DNA from: Eledone cirrhosa
Taxonomy: Eukaryota
NCBI GenBank assembly: GCA_964016885.1
Contig: OZ024741.1
Span: 103,974,001-104,038,000, forward strand
Direction: 5' to 3'
DNA: 64,000 nt
Numbering within the stretch: position 1 is the stretch's first letter; each line of letters begins with the position of its first letter. The notes under the pieces are model-generated. The model worked only from the letters and a program-made list of their open reading frames with translations, ran no database searches and was not told where the DNA came from. Positions 36,991 through 50,360 of this stretch are shown piece after piece. The position numbers were made by a program, and so were the translations under genes.

Positions 36991-38234
36991 CCTAAATATT
37001 ATAGAGGTTTAGAAAGTGAGGTAATCATTTTATATATTAGGTGGACATATGTGTAGGTTTGTTTGCTCATTTGTGCAAAGGTTAGAGGGATGGTGTTGGA
37101 CAGTGCCAGGGCTGGCTACTGTGAGAGGTTGATGTGTAAGTGAGCACACGCGCGTGAACTAACCAATGTAAGGAGATATAAATATATATAACATATATAA
37201 TATATATATACATATATATGATAATGGTAATTGCCAGACAGAATTTCTAAACTCATTTTATTCAGAAACAATTGTAATATATATTTTTGTGGCGTTCATA
37301 ATTACACAATGTATCATCAACAGAATTCGTCAGACAGCATCTCAAATAATAAGTTTGTCATGTAATATTCCTATTTCAATATGGGCTAAATATAAGGGGA
37401 TGAACTGATACCATGTTTGTTCTTCCACAGCCTGTTCCCTAATGAATCAAATTTACTCTTAACACTTGCTCGCAGGTATGGGAGTGGCTGATAGATTAAC
37501 TACCCAACACTCTCCCATCCTGTGTTCCAAGAGACCAGCCTCCTGTCATAAATCACAGTCCTTCACTTTTCACAGTGATTGAGATATTTCGCCTTCATGC
37601 TTTGTTTAAAAAAAAATTATCTCATGCATTGGAATCGCATGGCACCAACACTTGTGGTGTCGTCTGTGCCAATATATTGGCAGCATGCTTCACCACAGAC
37701 TACTACAAGAAGCATCTAGGTCACTTAGTTGACCTCTTCTGTATATATTGGTAAAGTTAATAAATAAATGAATAAATTGGTGGATTAAATTTTAGTGGTT
37801 AGGAATTGAAAACTGAAATTAAAAATTTCAAAATTTAAAACCTCAAAAATGGATTATGCAGTATCCAACTATGTGAAGCATGGAAAAGCGGCCGTAAAAA
37901 CGATGACGATGATGATAGTAACGGTAACATAAGTTGGATAATGTTATTAAAGTACTAATATACACACTCACTTACACATGTATACATACATAAATGCTTT
38001 CACACACATATATACTCATGTATATTTGCTTATACACAGACATCTGTACATACACAAATCACCACACCTATGCATGTATACAGTAAACACTACCTGGTAC
38101 TGACATAGGTAAAAAAAAGATTTTACATGGAACTAATACATTATTTATAAGTAATTAATAAAAGGTATATAAAAAAAAAATTCTTTGCCCACTTATTCCT
38201 AGGAGGATCATGGGGGGGGGGGGGGGGGGGCAGA

Positions 38235-38450
38235 TCTTAAACACGGCTTCCAGCGGGTCCTGTCAGAGGTAACCATCTCCAGTTGATCTGGCTGGACCCC
38301 CAAGCGAGACCAGCCAAGCCATGGAAGTTATCCAGCCATTTTGCTTGGTCACCTGCCAGTTGGTTTTGCCTGTAAATTCTGTCCAATGATTCTTTCCTGA
38401 GACATTCTAACTTCATGTCTATAATATCGGAGCTGTGATCTTGCAATTCA
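38235..38450 (-). mobile_element. RTE-like LINE 3' fragment (third family; similar copy at ~49095-49290)
   Basis: Both copies share KWLDN..L.W...WI/GS.PDQL remnants (ccagttgatc.ggctg.a.cc). Confidence 0.6.
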
Positions 38451-39336
38451 GAGAAGTAGTAACTCCCTGATATCTGAGCTATTGAATAACATTACTCGAG
38501 TGTGAATGTGTGTAGTCGTTAGAATATCCAAAAGTGTGTAGCGAACAAAATCTGTAAGAAGAGTTGTAATCTATTTTATTTTCTACCATAAAATAGCTAT
38601 TTACTACATATTTCTTTATTTGCAGTTAATTATCTTAAAATCAGTTGCCATATTGGAAAACTGTTTTCAGGTAAAAAGACAAGATTGATTTCATGTGCAG
38701 TGGAATGGATGTAATTATTTGTGCAATCCAGTCCTTATTTTGTTTCCATGACTATGAAAAGAGACTGTATGAGAAAAATTTGGTCATACACATTCATTTA
38801 AATAATCACAAATCGACACACATACAAATATCTATATATATACACATACACATCCAGATATATTCATGTGAGTAATCATATTGAGGCATACACAGACAAA
38901 AACAAACACACCTCCATTGATACACACAAGACACCAACATACAGTGACACCCACAAACATGCCCATGAACATAAATTAGCATACATGTCATGTCTTTTGG
39001 TGTGGAGTAACATAAAGATAGAGGTGTAAAAATAATGTTATATAATGTATAATTCAACGTAGGTGTAATGATATATAAGTTAGAGGTAAAAATCAGAGTA
39101 GATGTAATCTATTTATATAAAGTACATGATTCTATGACATCCATTTGGTCCACCACATAGATTGCAGTGACATATTGTCTCTCCTGTATAAATACATGTG
39201 TATAGTTAAATGATCAATTGGAAATTAATGATTTACCATCTATAAATAACAGTAATACGGTTTCACTTTTGTGTTAACATTTTATGTTTTTCAAAAGATA
39301 GATTTATTAGAGAATGAGTTACCAGATATCACAGTA

Positions 39337-40711
39337 TTAAGGATTTTCTTTTATATGAATACGTACATGCGTAGTTAAGTTACCTTTTTGAGAAAATGAT
39401 TTATCACAGATGTCACAATGATATGGTTTTTCTGCTGTATGAATGTACATGTGTCTAGCTAAATGATCATTTTCAGAGAATGATTTACCACAAATATCAC
39501 AATGATATGATTTCTCTCCCGTGTGAATACGTTTGTGTCTAGTTAAGTGAGGATTTCGTGAGAATGATTTACCACAAATATCACAATGATATGGTTTTTC
39601 TCCTGTGTGTGTATCTACATGTGAAGTTAAGTTACCCTTTTGAGAGAATGATTTACCACAGATATCACAGCAGTATGGTTTTTCTCCAGTATGAATACGT
39701 TGATGATTAGTTAATCTACTTCCTTCAGAGAATGAAGTGCCACAGATATTACAATGATATGGCTTCTCACCTGTATGAATATGTTTGTGTCGGTTTAAGA
39801 TATGAATTCGTGAGAAAGATTTATCACAGATATCACAGTGAAATGGTTTCTCACCAGTATGAATGCGTTTGTGTGTTGTTATGTGACTTTTTTGTGAGAA
39901 TGATTTACCACAGATATCACAGCCATATGGCTTCTCTCCAGTATGACTATGTTTGTGCTTAGTTAAGGTACTGCTTTTACGGAATGATTTACCACAAATA
40001 ACACAGTGATGTGGTGCCTCTCCTGTATGAACACGCTTGTGTATACTTAAGGTACTTCTTTCAGTGAATGATTTATCACAAATATCACAATGATATGGCT
40101 TCTCACCTGTATGAGAATTTTTGTGTACAGTTAAATGATAAATTCGTGAAAATGATTTATCACAGATACCACAGCGATATGGCCTCTCTCCTGTATGAGT
40201 TCGTTTGTGTTTAGTTAAGGAACTGCTTTCAGTGAATGATTTTCCACAGACATCACAGAGATATGGTTTCTCTCCTGTATGAGTGCGTTTGTGTTTAGTT
40301 AGTTCACTACTTCCAGAAAATGATTTACCACAGTTATTACAATGATATGGTTTATCTCCTGTATGAATACACTTGTGTATATTTAAGGTGTTTATTTCAG
40401 AGAATGATCTACTACAGATATCACAGTGATATGGCTTCACTTTTGTATGAATATGCTTGTGTTTAGTTAAATGATCACTTCTAGAGAATGATTTACTACA
40501 GATATCACAGTGATATGGTTTCTCTCCTGTATGAGTACGTGTGTGTTTAGTTAAATCGCTACTTGTAGAGAATGATTTACTACAGATATTACAGTGATGT
40601 GGCTTCCCTCCTGTGTGAATACGTTTGTGTATAGTTAGCATTCTTTTTTGAGAAAATGACTTTTTTTCAAATATCACAGTTGTATGATGATTTTCCTAAC
40701 CCTTTCAACAT
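39337..40711 (-). CDS. C2H2 zinc-finger gene with 15 intact fingers and a damaged N-terminus (ZNF-2; possibly a pseudogene)
   Basis: Open frame 40677-39337 with first in-frame ATG at 40641. The first finger is broken by TGA plus a frameshift at the T7 run (40661-40667). The ancestral start region appears deleted relative to the paralogue at 52610. Confidence 0.75.
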
Positions 40712-41108
40712 CTCTTCAGGAAAGACAGTGAAGTAGAGAAATGTTGCTATCAATATGAAGCCAGAAGATATATTTCACAGTAATTCTACTACAGATTTAT
40801 GTAAACAGGGTTATATCTGTTCTGTATGAAATCTTTTAGTCTTTAAAAGATGATAAATATTGATGATGTATCAAATTCTATAATACCAATGTCATCTGAT
40901 ATTCTGAAATAATAAAGAAACAGTATAAGATAAAGAAAATACTTAACAGGTAGAGATTTAACAGTGGAAATTTTATATATTTATATATTGATGGATTGTA
41001 GATATAAACATTCATCTGAATAATTTAACTTTTCTTTTTAAATTTTAAAATAAAAATTTACATATTTACAGACTACAGCTACACCTTCAAATTGTGTAAC
41101 ATTATATA

Positions 41109-42357
41109 CGAGGTGGTATCAAAAAGTTCCCGAGCTAGTTATGTTTAAAAAAAAAAAATATTTACCTAAGTTTTAACATCGTCTTCAAAATAGTCACATT
41201 GCGCAGCAATGCACCCGTCTTAGTGTCCCTGCCACTTTTGCAATCTGGCCTGGAAGGCGTTTTCTGTAAGCGAGTTGAGGACCTTCTGCGATTTGCTCTG
41301 GATCCCAGCAACAGTGTTAAAATGGCGACCTTTGAGCTGCATTTTCAGCTTAGAGAAGAGATGGTAGTCTGTAGGTGCTAAATCTGGCAAATAGGGTGGG
41401 TGTCGAAGCGATACAATGTTGTTTTGGGTTAGAAACTCACGAGTAAAGAGAGCTCGATGACAGGGTGCATTGTCGTCATAAAGAATCCAATTCTTTCTGC
41501 TCCACAGATATGGTCGCTTTTGCTAACTGTCTTCCCTCAAACGTGTCAAAACGTTGCAGTAGAACTCTCAATTGACAGTCTGGCCTCGGGGGAAGAATTC
41601 TCGGTGCACAATATGAAAAAGAAAAACGATGAACATGCTCTTGACAGACCTGTGGCTCTGTTATGCTTTCTTTGGTTGTGGAGATGAAGAGCTTTTCCAC
41701 TGTGCCGACTGCTGCTCAGAGTCATACCTGTAGACCCAACTCTCGTCACTAGAGATGATCCTCGACATGAAGGATGGGTCATTATCAGCATGCTGACGGG
41801 GATCTTTGACAGACTTCGACGCAATGTTCTTTCTACACAATGGTCAGCAGACAGTGGACAAACTTGGTAGTGACACAGCACATGTTCAATTCAGATGATA
41901 GGATTGCCTGCATATGACAGACCAACATCAGCAATATCATTGATTGCCTTCCTATGATCCTCATGCACAAGCTGATTAATTTTCTCCACATTTCTGGTGA
42001 TGGCACTTGTAAGTTTTCCAGATCACTCATCATCTTCCACTTTTGAAATGCCTATGCCACCCATTGCCTCGTCACCATAAGCTTGCCGAATCATGTTTAA
42101 TGTCACTGTAGCAGACTTCCCAAGTTGAACACATAATTTCCTGTTGGCTCTTTGTTCTAACTTCCTTTTCATGACAAAATCAGAGGCTACAGCATAAACG
42201 TGATCACAAAAACACAAATTCTGAAGTGAACACAGCAATGTCACTTGGCTCACTGGCGCATGAAGGTCACTGCTAGCTCTCACTGCGCATACCACTGTGT
42301 GTTGCCATCTGTTGGCACACTACATAACTAGTGCGGGAACTTTTTGATACCACCTTG
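41109..42357 (-). mobile_element. Mariner element with both TIRs, decayed transposase
   Basis: TA|CGAGGTGGTATCAAAAAGTTCCCG ... CGGGAACTTTTTGATACCACCTTG|TA; MKRKLEQRAN.KLCVQLGKSAT.T..MIRQAYGDEAM. Confidence 0.92.
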
Positions 42358-42957
42358 TATATGTTAAACTATAGCTGCACCTTCAGATTGTATGGATTCT
42401 ACTGAGTCAAGTTTATTTACTAGAGAAATTATAGTTAAACATGATAATCTACCATGTGTGTATATATATTTATATTTAATGGTGGGTGATAGCAAATTTG
42501 GTTATTTAGTTACATCCCTTTATGTTCTAAGTCCCAATTGCACAAAGGTGCCCTTTATCCTCCATACTTCTCAGCATGCCTGTCAATTACTGGTACATAG
42601 ATTTAAACCACAATACACTTCCCAAAAATGTGTATGTTTGTGACAATGCAATAAATTGCAATATATACTTAAGTAATGTTTTGAGTTGAAAAAGTCTAGA
42701 ATTTACAACATATCACAGATCATCTTTTCAGTTTGTTACCAGAAAAATTTTATGTTAAATGATGATATTGGTCTCATAGCTAAAAGTCAGGACAAAGAAT
42801 TATCTGTTTTCAATAAATGTACAATTTTTATATTTATTTACACCATGATTCATTTGTCACTTTTAGTTCACTGAAGTCCAACAACATCAAATTCCACTGT
42901 GGCCTATTATATATATATATATATAATGTCAGTAATACTAAGATAGTGTTAAACATT

Positions 42958-43600
42958 ATAGGGGTATATAAAAAACCATATACTATATGATTATATACAA
43001 TAAATATATAGGGGTCTCGCTATCAAAGAAAAAAATATTTTTATGGAAAATTATTTTTCTTTCTTTTGCTCTGTGAATATGATATCTCAGTAGCTATTGG
43101 GAATGCCAGATAGCTGTTTTAAGATTTGTTAATTTCTCATCAGTAACATTCACTCAACCGGTACTAAGATGAAAATAGTTCTTTGATAACGAGGCTCCCT
43201 TATGTTTATTGTTCATAAACATACAGGGTATGCTTTCATATATACCCCGATTATGCTTAACACTACTTTAGTGCCACGGCCAATTAATTATAACCAGCCA
43301 ATTATGCAATATATGCAAATGAGCATCTTCAATAAATGTTCACAATGCAAAATCTATATAAGCTCAAGTCTATTTTCATCTCAGTACCGGTTGAGTGAAT
43401 GTCACTAATAAGAGATTAAAAAATCTTGAAACAGTTGTCTGGCTTTCTCAATAGCTACTGAGATATCTGTGACATGTTCCCGGAGCAAAAGAGAGATAAA
43501 TAATTTTTTCATAATGAGAAAACATTTTGTCTTTGATAACAGGGCTCCCCTATGTTATTTGTATATAAAATATAGTGTATGTTTTCATATACACACCTGT
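42958..43600. mobile_element. Long-TIR MITE (Tc1/mariner-Tigger-like)
   Basis: ~220-bp inverted arms 42958-43178 / 43370-43600 (e.g. CATTCACTCAACCGGTACT / AGTACCGGTTGAGTGAATG), with an extra terminal copy at 43181-43250. Confidence 0.75.
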
Positions 43601-43905
43601 TATATATATAATACTAATTATACAAAATAAACAGATTATCTATATATAGATAATATGTGTCCACTTTTACTCAGAAATTAGAAAATGAACATTCACAAAC
43701 CTATGTTTGTGAATGTTCAATAAGTACTGATAAAAATTATTTTTATGTATGAAGTTATTGCTTTATACATTTATTAGAATTCATTCTTTATATTTTGTAA
43801 TCGTATTGAAAAATCTGGTTATTTGTCTTGCAATAAAAAGCAAAGAAAAAAGAAGCAAACACGGATACATATACAAAAACATATAAACACAAGACATAAA
43901 TATAT

Positions 43906-44242
43906 TTCATTTCATTTCATTTTACGTCCATTTTTCCCTGCTTGCAAGGGTGGGACGGGAACTGATTCTGGCTTGATTTCTACAGCTGGATGCCCTTCCT
44001 AACACCAACCTCATTTACAGTGAGTGCTGGGTGCTTTTTTGCCGTGGCACCTCTATGACCATTTTGCAGTGGAATCATAGGGATCCAAGTCCCTATCATC
44101 TCATTTCTACAGCTGAGTAAACTGGAGCAATGTGAAATAAAGTGTCTTGCTCAAGGAAACAACACATCACCCGGTCCGAGAATTGAACTCACAACCTTTC
44201 GATTGCAAGGCCAATGCTCTAACCACTAAGCCATGTGCCTCC
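43906..44242 (-). mobile_element. CORE-type tRNA SINE with RTE-derived tail
   Basis: Reverse-complement homologue of 58713-59141, with internal tail deletions. Confidence 0.85.
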
Positions 44243-44299
44243 ACATATATACATATACACATGCTGAAGCTGTAGAGGTTAAAAAAAGCAAGAGTGAGG

Positions 44300-44945
44300 G
44301 AGGTTCTAAGAGAGAAACTGAGTATGTTAGAAGATGACAACTGAACTTGTGAATGCTTGGAAGTCTTTAAAAGATGGTTTGTTAGCTGTTGATGATGTGT
44401 GTGAATGGACAAAAGGACCCCCAAAACACTTAAAACATGGTGGTGGGATGGTGAAGTTGGAAAAAGAATTGATGAGGAAAAGGGGATGATTCAGAGAGTG
44501 GCAGTAAAAGAGGCAGCTCATCAGGATTACAAGGCTGCCAAGAAAGAAGTAGCAAGATCACAAAAGGCACATAGAAGACTGTTTAGAGAACAATTGGATT
44601 CAGAGCAGAGTTAGAGTTGGGTGTTTAGCATTGCAAACCAGGTAGTGAGACGGAAATGTGATATAACAAGGATGAACTGTTTGAAAGATGAAGTGGGAGA
44701 AACTATTGTTGACTCAGATGGTATTAAATAATGGTGGAAGAGATTGTTGAATGTGGAGAATGAATGGGATGGCAACATAGCGAGCAATCCAGTTCTTAGT
44801 CCAACAGAGGAAATAGCTGAGGAATAAGTTGAGGAAGCACAGAGAAAGATGAAGAGTGGAAAGGCAGGAGTGGTAATAAGTTGTGGGAGATATGTTAAAG
44901 GCAGTGGGAAGTTGGGTTATAAAGAGGATGAAAGAGATATGTAGT
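44300..44945 (+). mobile_element. Decayed RTE LINE internal fragment
   Basis: TWWWDGEV...YKAAKKE...LLNVENEWD...KMKSGKA. Confidence 0.75.
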
Positions 44946-45525
44946 CCACTCTGTATGGTGGTTGGGCTTAAATCAATCTCTATATTCTGAACAGCTGGAG
45001 AGCTAAGAGAGAAGACGAGAGATTGAGAATAGTGTTAGAATGAGAGAGATATGACAATGCATAATATATGAGAGAAAGATGACTAGTGAGAAATAAAGAA
45101 ATACGAACGCCAAGAGAGAAAGAGAAGTAGAGTGAATAGAAGTAGAAGAAAGTGGCTTGATTATAATCTGAAGATGTGTTATTTGTAGGGCCAGTTGTCC
45201 ATTTTCAATATAAATATACTGATATTATGTGGCTAAAACATACTTAAGATGATTATTCTCAAAAACAGTTTGTCGCAAAACTTATTTTTTAGTAAATTTC
45301 TACTGTAATTCACAGTGCATCCTATTTCAGGAGGAAATAGAGATTCTATTTCATTTGTCAAATATTTTGTAATATGTGCAAAAACATTACTTTCATGAAA
45401 TAACTGGGCACTTCTGAGTATCTCTGCTTATGTATATAGATTTCTTTATTAGCCACACAGGGCTGTACAGTGAAGATTACTAGTTGTATGTGATGTGAAG
45501 ATTCATATTTAATTCTACATGAGCA

Positions 45526-46050
45526 CATCATCATCATCACCATTTTACGTCCATTCTTCCACGCTAGCATGGGTTAGACGGATTGCCCTGTTGTGGGCAG
45601 TGCTCGGTCGGCTGACCTTGTCTTGCTCATACGGGAACTAATTTTGGCTCGATTTCTACAGCTGGATGCCCTTCCTAACACCAACCTCATTTACAGTGAG
45701 TGCTGGGTGCTTTTTTTCCATGGTGCCTACACGACCACTTTACAGTGTGGGCTGGGTGCTTTTTTGCCGTGGCACCTCCACGACCACTTTGCAGTGGGAG
45801 AGGGTGGGGGCATATTGTCTATATGCTTCAGCTTCGGCTTGTATCAGTGGGAAGTCGGGTCTTCTGTATTACTGCGTGATGCCAGAGGTCATGGTCCTGC
45901 AACATCGCCTTCGAGAAGTGCAATTGGGTTATTATCGGCTTTTATCACCTCATCCTAGGTCTTCTTGGGTCTCCTCACTCCACAGCTTCCATCGACTTCT
46001 AGTGTTCTGCACCTTTTTATGCAGCTGTCATCCTTCATACGCATATCACT
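45526..46050 (-). mobile_element. RTE LINE 3' end (tail type A)
   Basis: Reverse complement of ~57480-57960, with (GAT)n tail. Confidence 0.85.
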
Positions 46051-47729
46051 TCAAAATGAATACATGCCATATCAAAGTGAGAAAAGTAATTTCAAAATGA
46101 GCACACTGCACTTATACTTAATTTAATTAATCATGAGTATTGTACCTTCACCAAGAGATGTAACAGGAAAGAGTTCAAAAACTTTTTCTTCGAAGAAATA
46201 ATATCATAACTTTATTACACACATTAGTTTATGAAGCTAGTCGAAGAGAATCAATACAGCTCTGGCTGTCACATACTCATTCAATGATATAAGGTTTGTA
46301 CGTCAGAAATACAAGCCTATTACTCACAGTAGTTAGGTAATACCTGCAGACATTACATAACTTGGCACTGGAAAACATGTCTTCAGCGGGTGATCGGCTC
46401 CCATGAATGGAAAAGTTTGTTTAAACGACTTATACAAGTTCAGTTGCTGCCATCACAAATGTAGCAGTTTCAGACCTGTAATTTCATGTGATCGCTCCCA
46501 AAAAAGGAGGTCAATCAAAAACTGACCATTTTTAGGGAATACATTGGCAGGAAATTAAGAAACTGAATATAAGCCAAAGCTCTTAAACAGGCTATTTATG
46601 TAAAGGACAAAGACAGAGTTGCAAAAAAATTGAACTAGAATATATAAAAACATTCAACTTACAATCAAATGCAGGCTTGTCACCTGGGAGATTAGATAAA
46701 TATTGATTCATGAAGCTAGTCGAATTGGTACAGCTCGGGCCATCACTTACTCACTGAATGATTAGAAATACATACATACACACACACACATATATATAAT
46801 GAATAAAAACTTATGGGCGAAGACTTGAAAATAAACGAATACAGACAGTAGTCCCATTTCATCAGTTGACCACTAGAGATACATTGTTTTGATGCTTTTA
46901 CGCGCACCAGCATATATATATATATATATTCATATATAGTTTAGGGATTGTGACGACCAGTTACTGTAGGTTTACCAAAGTGAACACCCGATGTGTAGTT
47001 TCCAGTGTTGTACTAAGCAGAAGGAATCATTCTGTCATTACCATAACAGAAGTCCTAAGAGCTTTTGATTCCAGAGTTGGGCCCGATCAATACAGATCGA
47101 GCCTTGAGCTGATCAATTGCGAAACGCACGTCACACCTCAATAGATGTAATGAAGATCTAACACCTCGTCTTTTATTGTTATTATTATTATACATATATA
47201 TATATATATAGGAGTCACGACAAAAAGCACCTGACACACACTGTAAATGTGGTTCGCATTAGGAAGGGCATCCAGCTGTAGAAATCTAGCCAGAAACAGT
47301 TCCATATGAGTAAGACAGTCACCTGACTCAACTTGCCTCAAATGGGACAACTCGTCTAATCCATGTTAGCGTGGAAAGTGGATGTTAAACGATGATGATG
47401 ATTGTATACATATATCATATTTATTGCCTCCCTCAACAAATGCACACGTGCCAATAAAAGAGCCGCCATGTTATCATTGGTCTTGCTGGAAATAGCAGCC
47501 AAATCACCGGATATTGTTATAGATTCTCAATGCTAAAAATGATGGGATGTTCATGGCTGGAATACCTTTAATCATAGGTCTGCTCTGTGGTACAAACATA
47601 CATCTACATACATACAACAAGCACATACACTATACTTCAAAAGATGAGTATTTTGTCTCACTGCTTGGCCGAAGACAAATTCACGCTGTTAACGTTGTTA
47701 ATAATTGTTTCTACTATTGGCACAAGGCC

Positions 47730-48240
47730 AGCAATTACCCCGTAAGGATGAAAGGCAAAGTTAACCTCGATGGGATTTGAACTCAGACCGTAAAGGGACG
47801 TAACTATGCTAGAAAGCATGGTGTCCAACCCTCTACCGATACTGCCAATTCACTAACGTCGTTAATTATGATTTCTGATTTCTGTACAAAGCCAACAATT
47901 TTGAGGGAGGGGAATGTCGACTCCATCGACCCCAGTGTGATACTGTACTTTATTTTATCGACCCCGTAAGGATGAAAGGCAACGCTAACCTCGCTTGGAT
48001 TTGAACACAGAACGTAAAGAATCCTCGGCCGCATTTGAACACATGTTGTTCGACGCTCTACCGATACTGCCAAATGTGCACAATGCCAGCAATTTGGAGT
48101 GACGGAAAAGCCGAATACATTGACCCTAGTATTTTACTGGTGCTATATTTAATCGACTCTGAAAGGATGAAAGGAAAAGTTGACTAAAATAGGATTTTAA
48201 CTCACAATGCCGCAAAGTATTTCGTTCGACGCTCAAATAA
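47730..48240 (-). repeat. Cluster of about three Meta-domain-like SINE copies in the same orientation
   Basis: Repeated AAGGATGAAAGG.AA...GGATTTGAAC blocks at ~47743, ~47968 and ~48162. Confidence 0.7.
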
Positions 48241-49864
48241 GACCTGGCATTATAAATTATCTTATGATTTCTATTAAATAAATCTTTTAATGTTTATCTC
48301 ATTTTGAAATCTTCAATTCCAATTTGAAATAACATGTGCTCACGTAAAATATTGTTCAATGGATAAAGACGTATACAAACCCATACACAATATGTTAGAA
48401 TCGTTGTGGGTATTTTAAACTGTAATCATATCAGTGAAGACTATTATTATATTACACACGGAGCATGAATAACCTGTTGAGTAATCAAAAATAACACCAA
48501 TAATTCAGCTTGGAAGTATTATCTGGAAACGAATACTTAAAACAAAACCGAGCAAAAACAATCCATTAAAACACTACGATTTTATTTTCAATTTAAAACA
48601 TCAGTTGGATGTCATAATTCTATTTTCACTTTACATAATTATTGTATCGTAGAAATGATCACATAATTCTGTTGTTTACACACATTATTACAGACTTGAA
48701 ATAAAAGAAGTCATTATTACAGACTTACAACAAATCTTCGCAAACTTACCGTATTCAAATGATTGAATCGACTCAGAAATTAATTTATTTCTGTTTCACG
48801 TGTTGATGGTTGTTCCCCTTTATAGAATTAATTTCATAAACAAATTTCGTTTTCACCAATTATCTGAAGAAGAAAATGAATTTTTTTGGTTTTTCTTTAT
48901 TTTGTTAGCCAGTAACAACTGCTGAGATATTATAAATGTAATAGATTTATCGAAATTAATTGAAACATGAATATTAGTTTTTTAAACGAAAGGCTGGTTG
49001 AATTATATAATTTTTTTGTAGAAGTGCAAGCAAAATGTAAAGTGGCCTATTTCGTTTTCCGTTCATAATTCCATTCCAATTTTCGTTTTTCTCCTCCTCC
49101 TTCTTCCTGGGGCACATCCTTAAGCACGCCTTCCATTGGGTCAAATCAAAGGCAACCGTCTCCAGTTGATCCGGCTGAATCCACAAGCGGGACCAGCCGA
49201 GTTCATGGACATTATCCAATCAGCTTGCTCAATGTCGACCCCTTGATCTCCTGACATTTGGTTTTGCCTATATCTTGGACTGCGAGTTTCTATTGCATAT
49301 ATATATCTATCTAATATTTGATTTATTCAGGAGGATTTAAAAGTAATATTATTGATATTAATCTTTATGTGGTAATAAAATACAAATCTATGATTTTTCA
49401 GTTTTATTATAATCACAAATAAAATATATACTCACATATTTTACAAAGTTTACTTGGCAAACATTAACTCATTTAACATTGGCGACACTTTGCCTCAAGG
49501 GCAGCGCACAACTACAACACGAACATATTAAAACTGTTTGTTACCAATTGAAGCAGAACACGATCTCATTTTCCACACAAAATGCTCACTAGTCCAATTC
49601 AAATTGCATCTGTGCATATTTCAAGATCTATATTCAGTGCTTCTTTATTATTCATTTAATTTAAACGTCCATAATGAACTGATAAGATATGACAGACTAG
49701 GAGATGTATCTTATTAAGAAACAGAAAGAAGAAAGAAAAGGAAAACATGGGTATTTGTGATGCAACTAAATGTTTGTTTGATTTACTATCAATTTCATCC
49801 TTCGACAATGCATTGGCAAAAGCAATACAAACATAGGTTTAGGAGAGATTGGCTTAAAAAAGTG

Positions 49865-50360
49865 TTAAGGGATGGGCTGAGCTGTCAACTGATCATCATC
49901 TAGTTATCTGCAGCTTGAGACTACCTAAAGCCAAAGAAGCCCACAAAACTGGCAGGTCCAGGGTGGACTACAGGATAAAGTGGGAAGCATTGGTGGATAA
50001 GGAAGTCAGGACTATTGCATCCAAATTCAGAGAACTCCCTAAGCAAATTGAGGACATTGAGATAAAATAGAGATTGTTCAGCTCAGTAATTTCTGCTTCA
50101 GCTGTTAAATGCTGTCGGTGAAAGAGGCTTGGTATGCTACCAGATGGCAAGAGGATCCCTTTGTTCTATCAAAAGGGAAAAAATGCCATCCGAGCAAAGG
50201 AGGCCTACAAAGCTTGGCTTGGAAATAAATCCTCTTCCTTACACTTGTGGTACAAGCAGGCATGAAGAATCACAGCAGAGACAGTTAAGGCATCCAAAGT
50301 TAAGACATGGGAGGATTTGGGGGTTAAGCTGGAATCTGACTTCAGATCAGCAAATAATTC
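49865..50360 (+). mobile_element. RTE (third family) fragment, end of endonuclease region
   Basis: AELSTDHHLVICSLRLPKA...RIKWEALVD; homologous to the minus-strand copy at 54470-54640. Confidence 0.7.

Noticed and set aside
48740-49520. Promoter and 5' UTR exons of ZNF-2
   Set aside because: Donor-like GTAAGT/GTGAGT sites exist on the minus strand but cannot be supported without transcripts.
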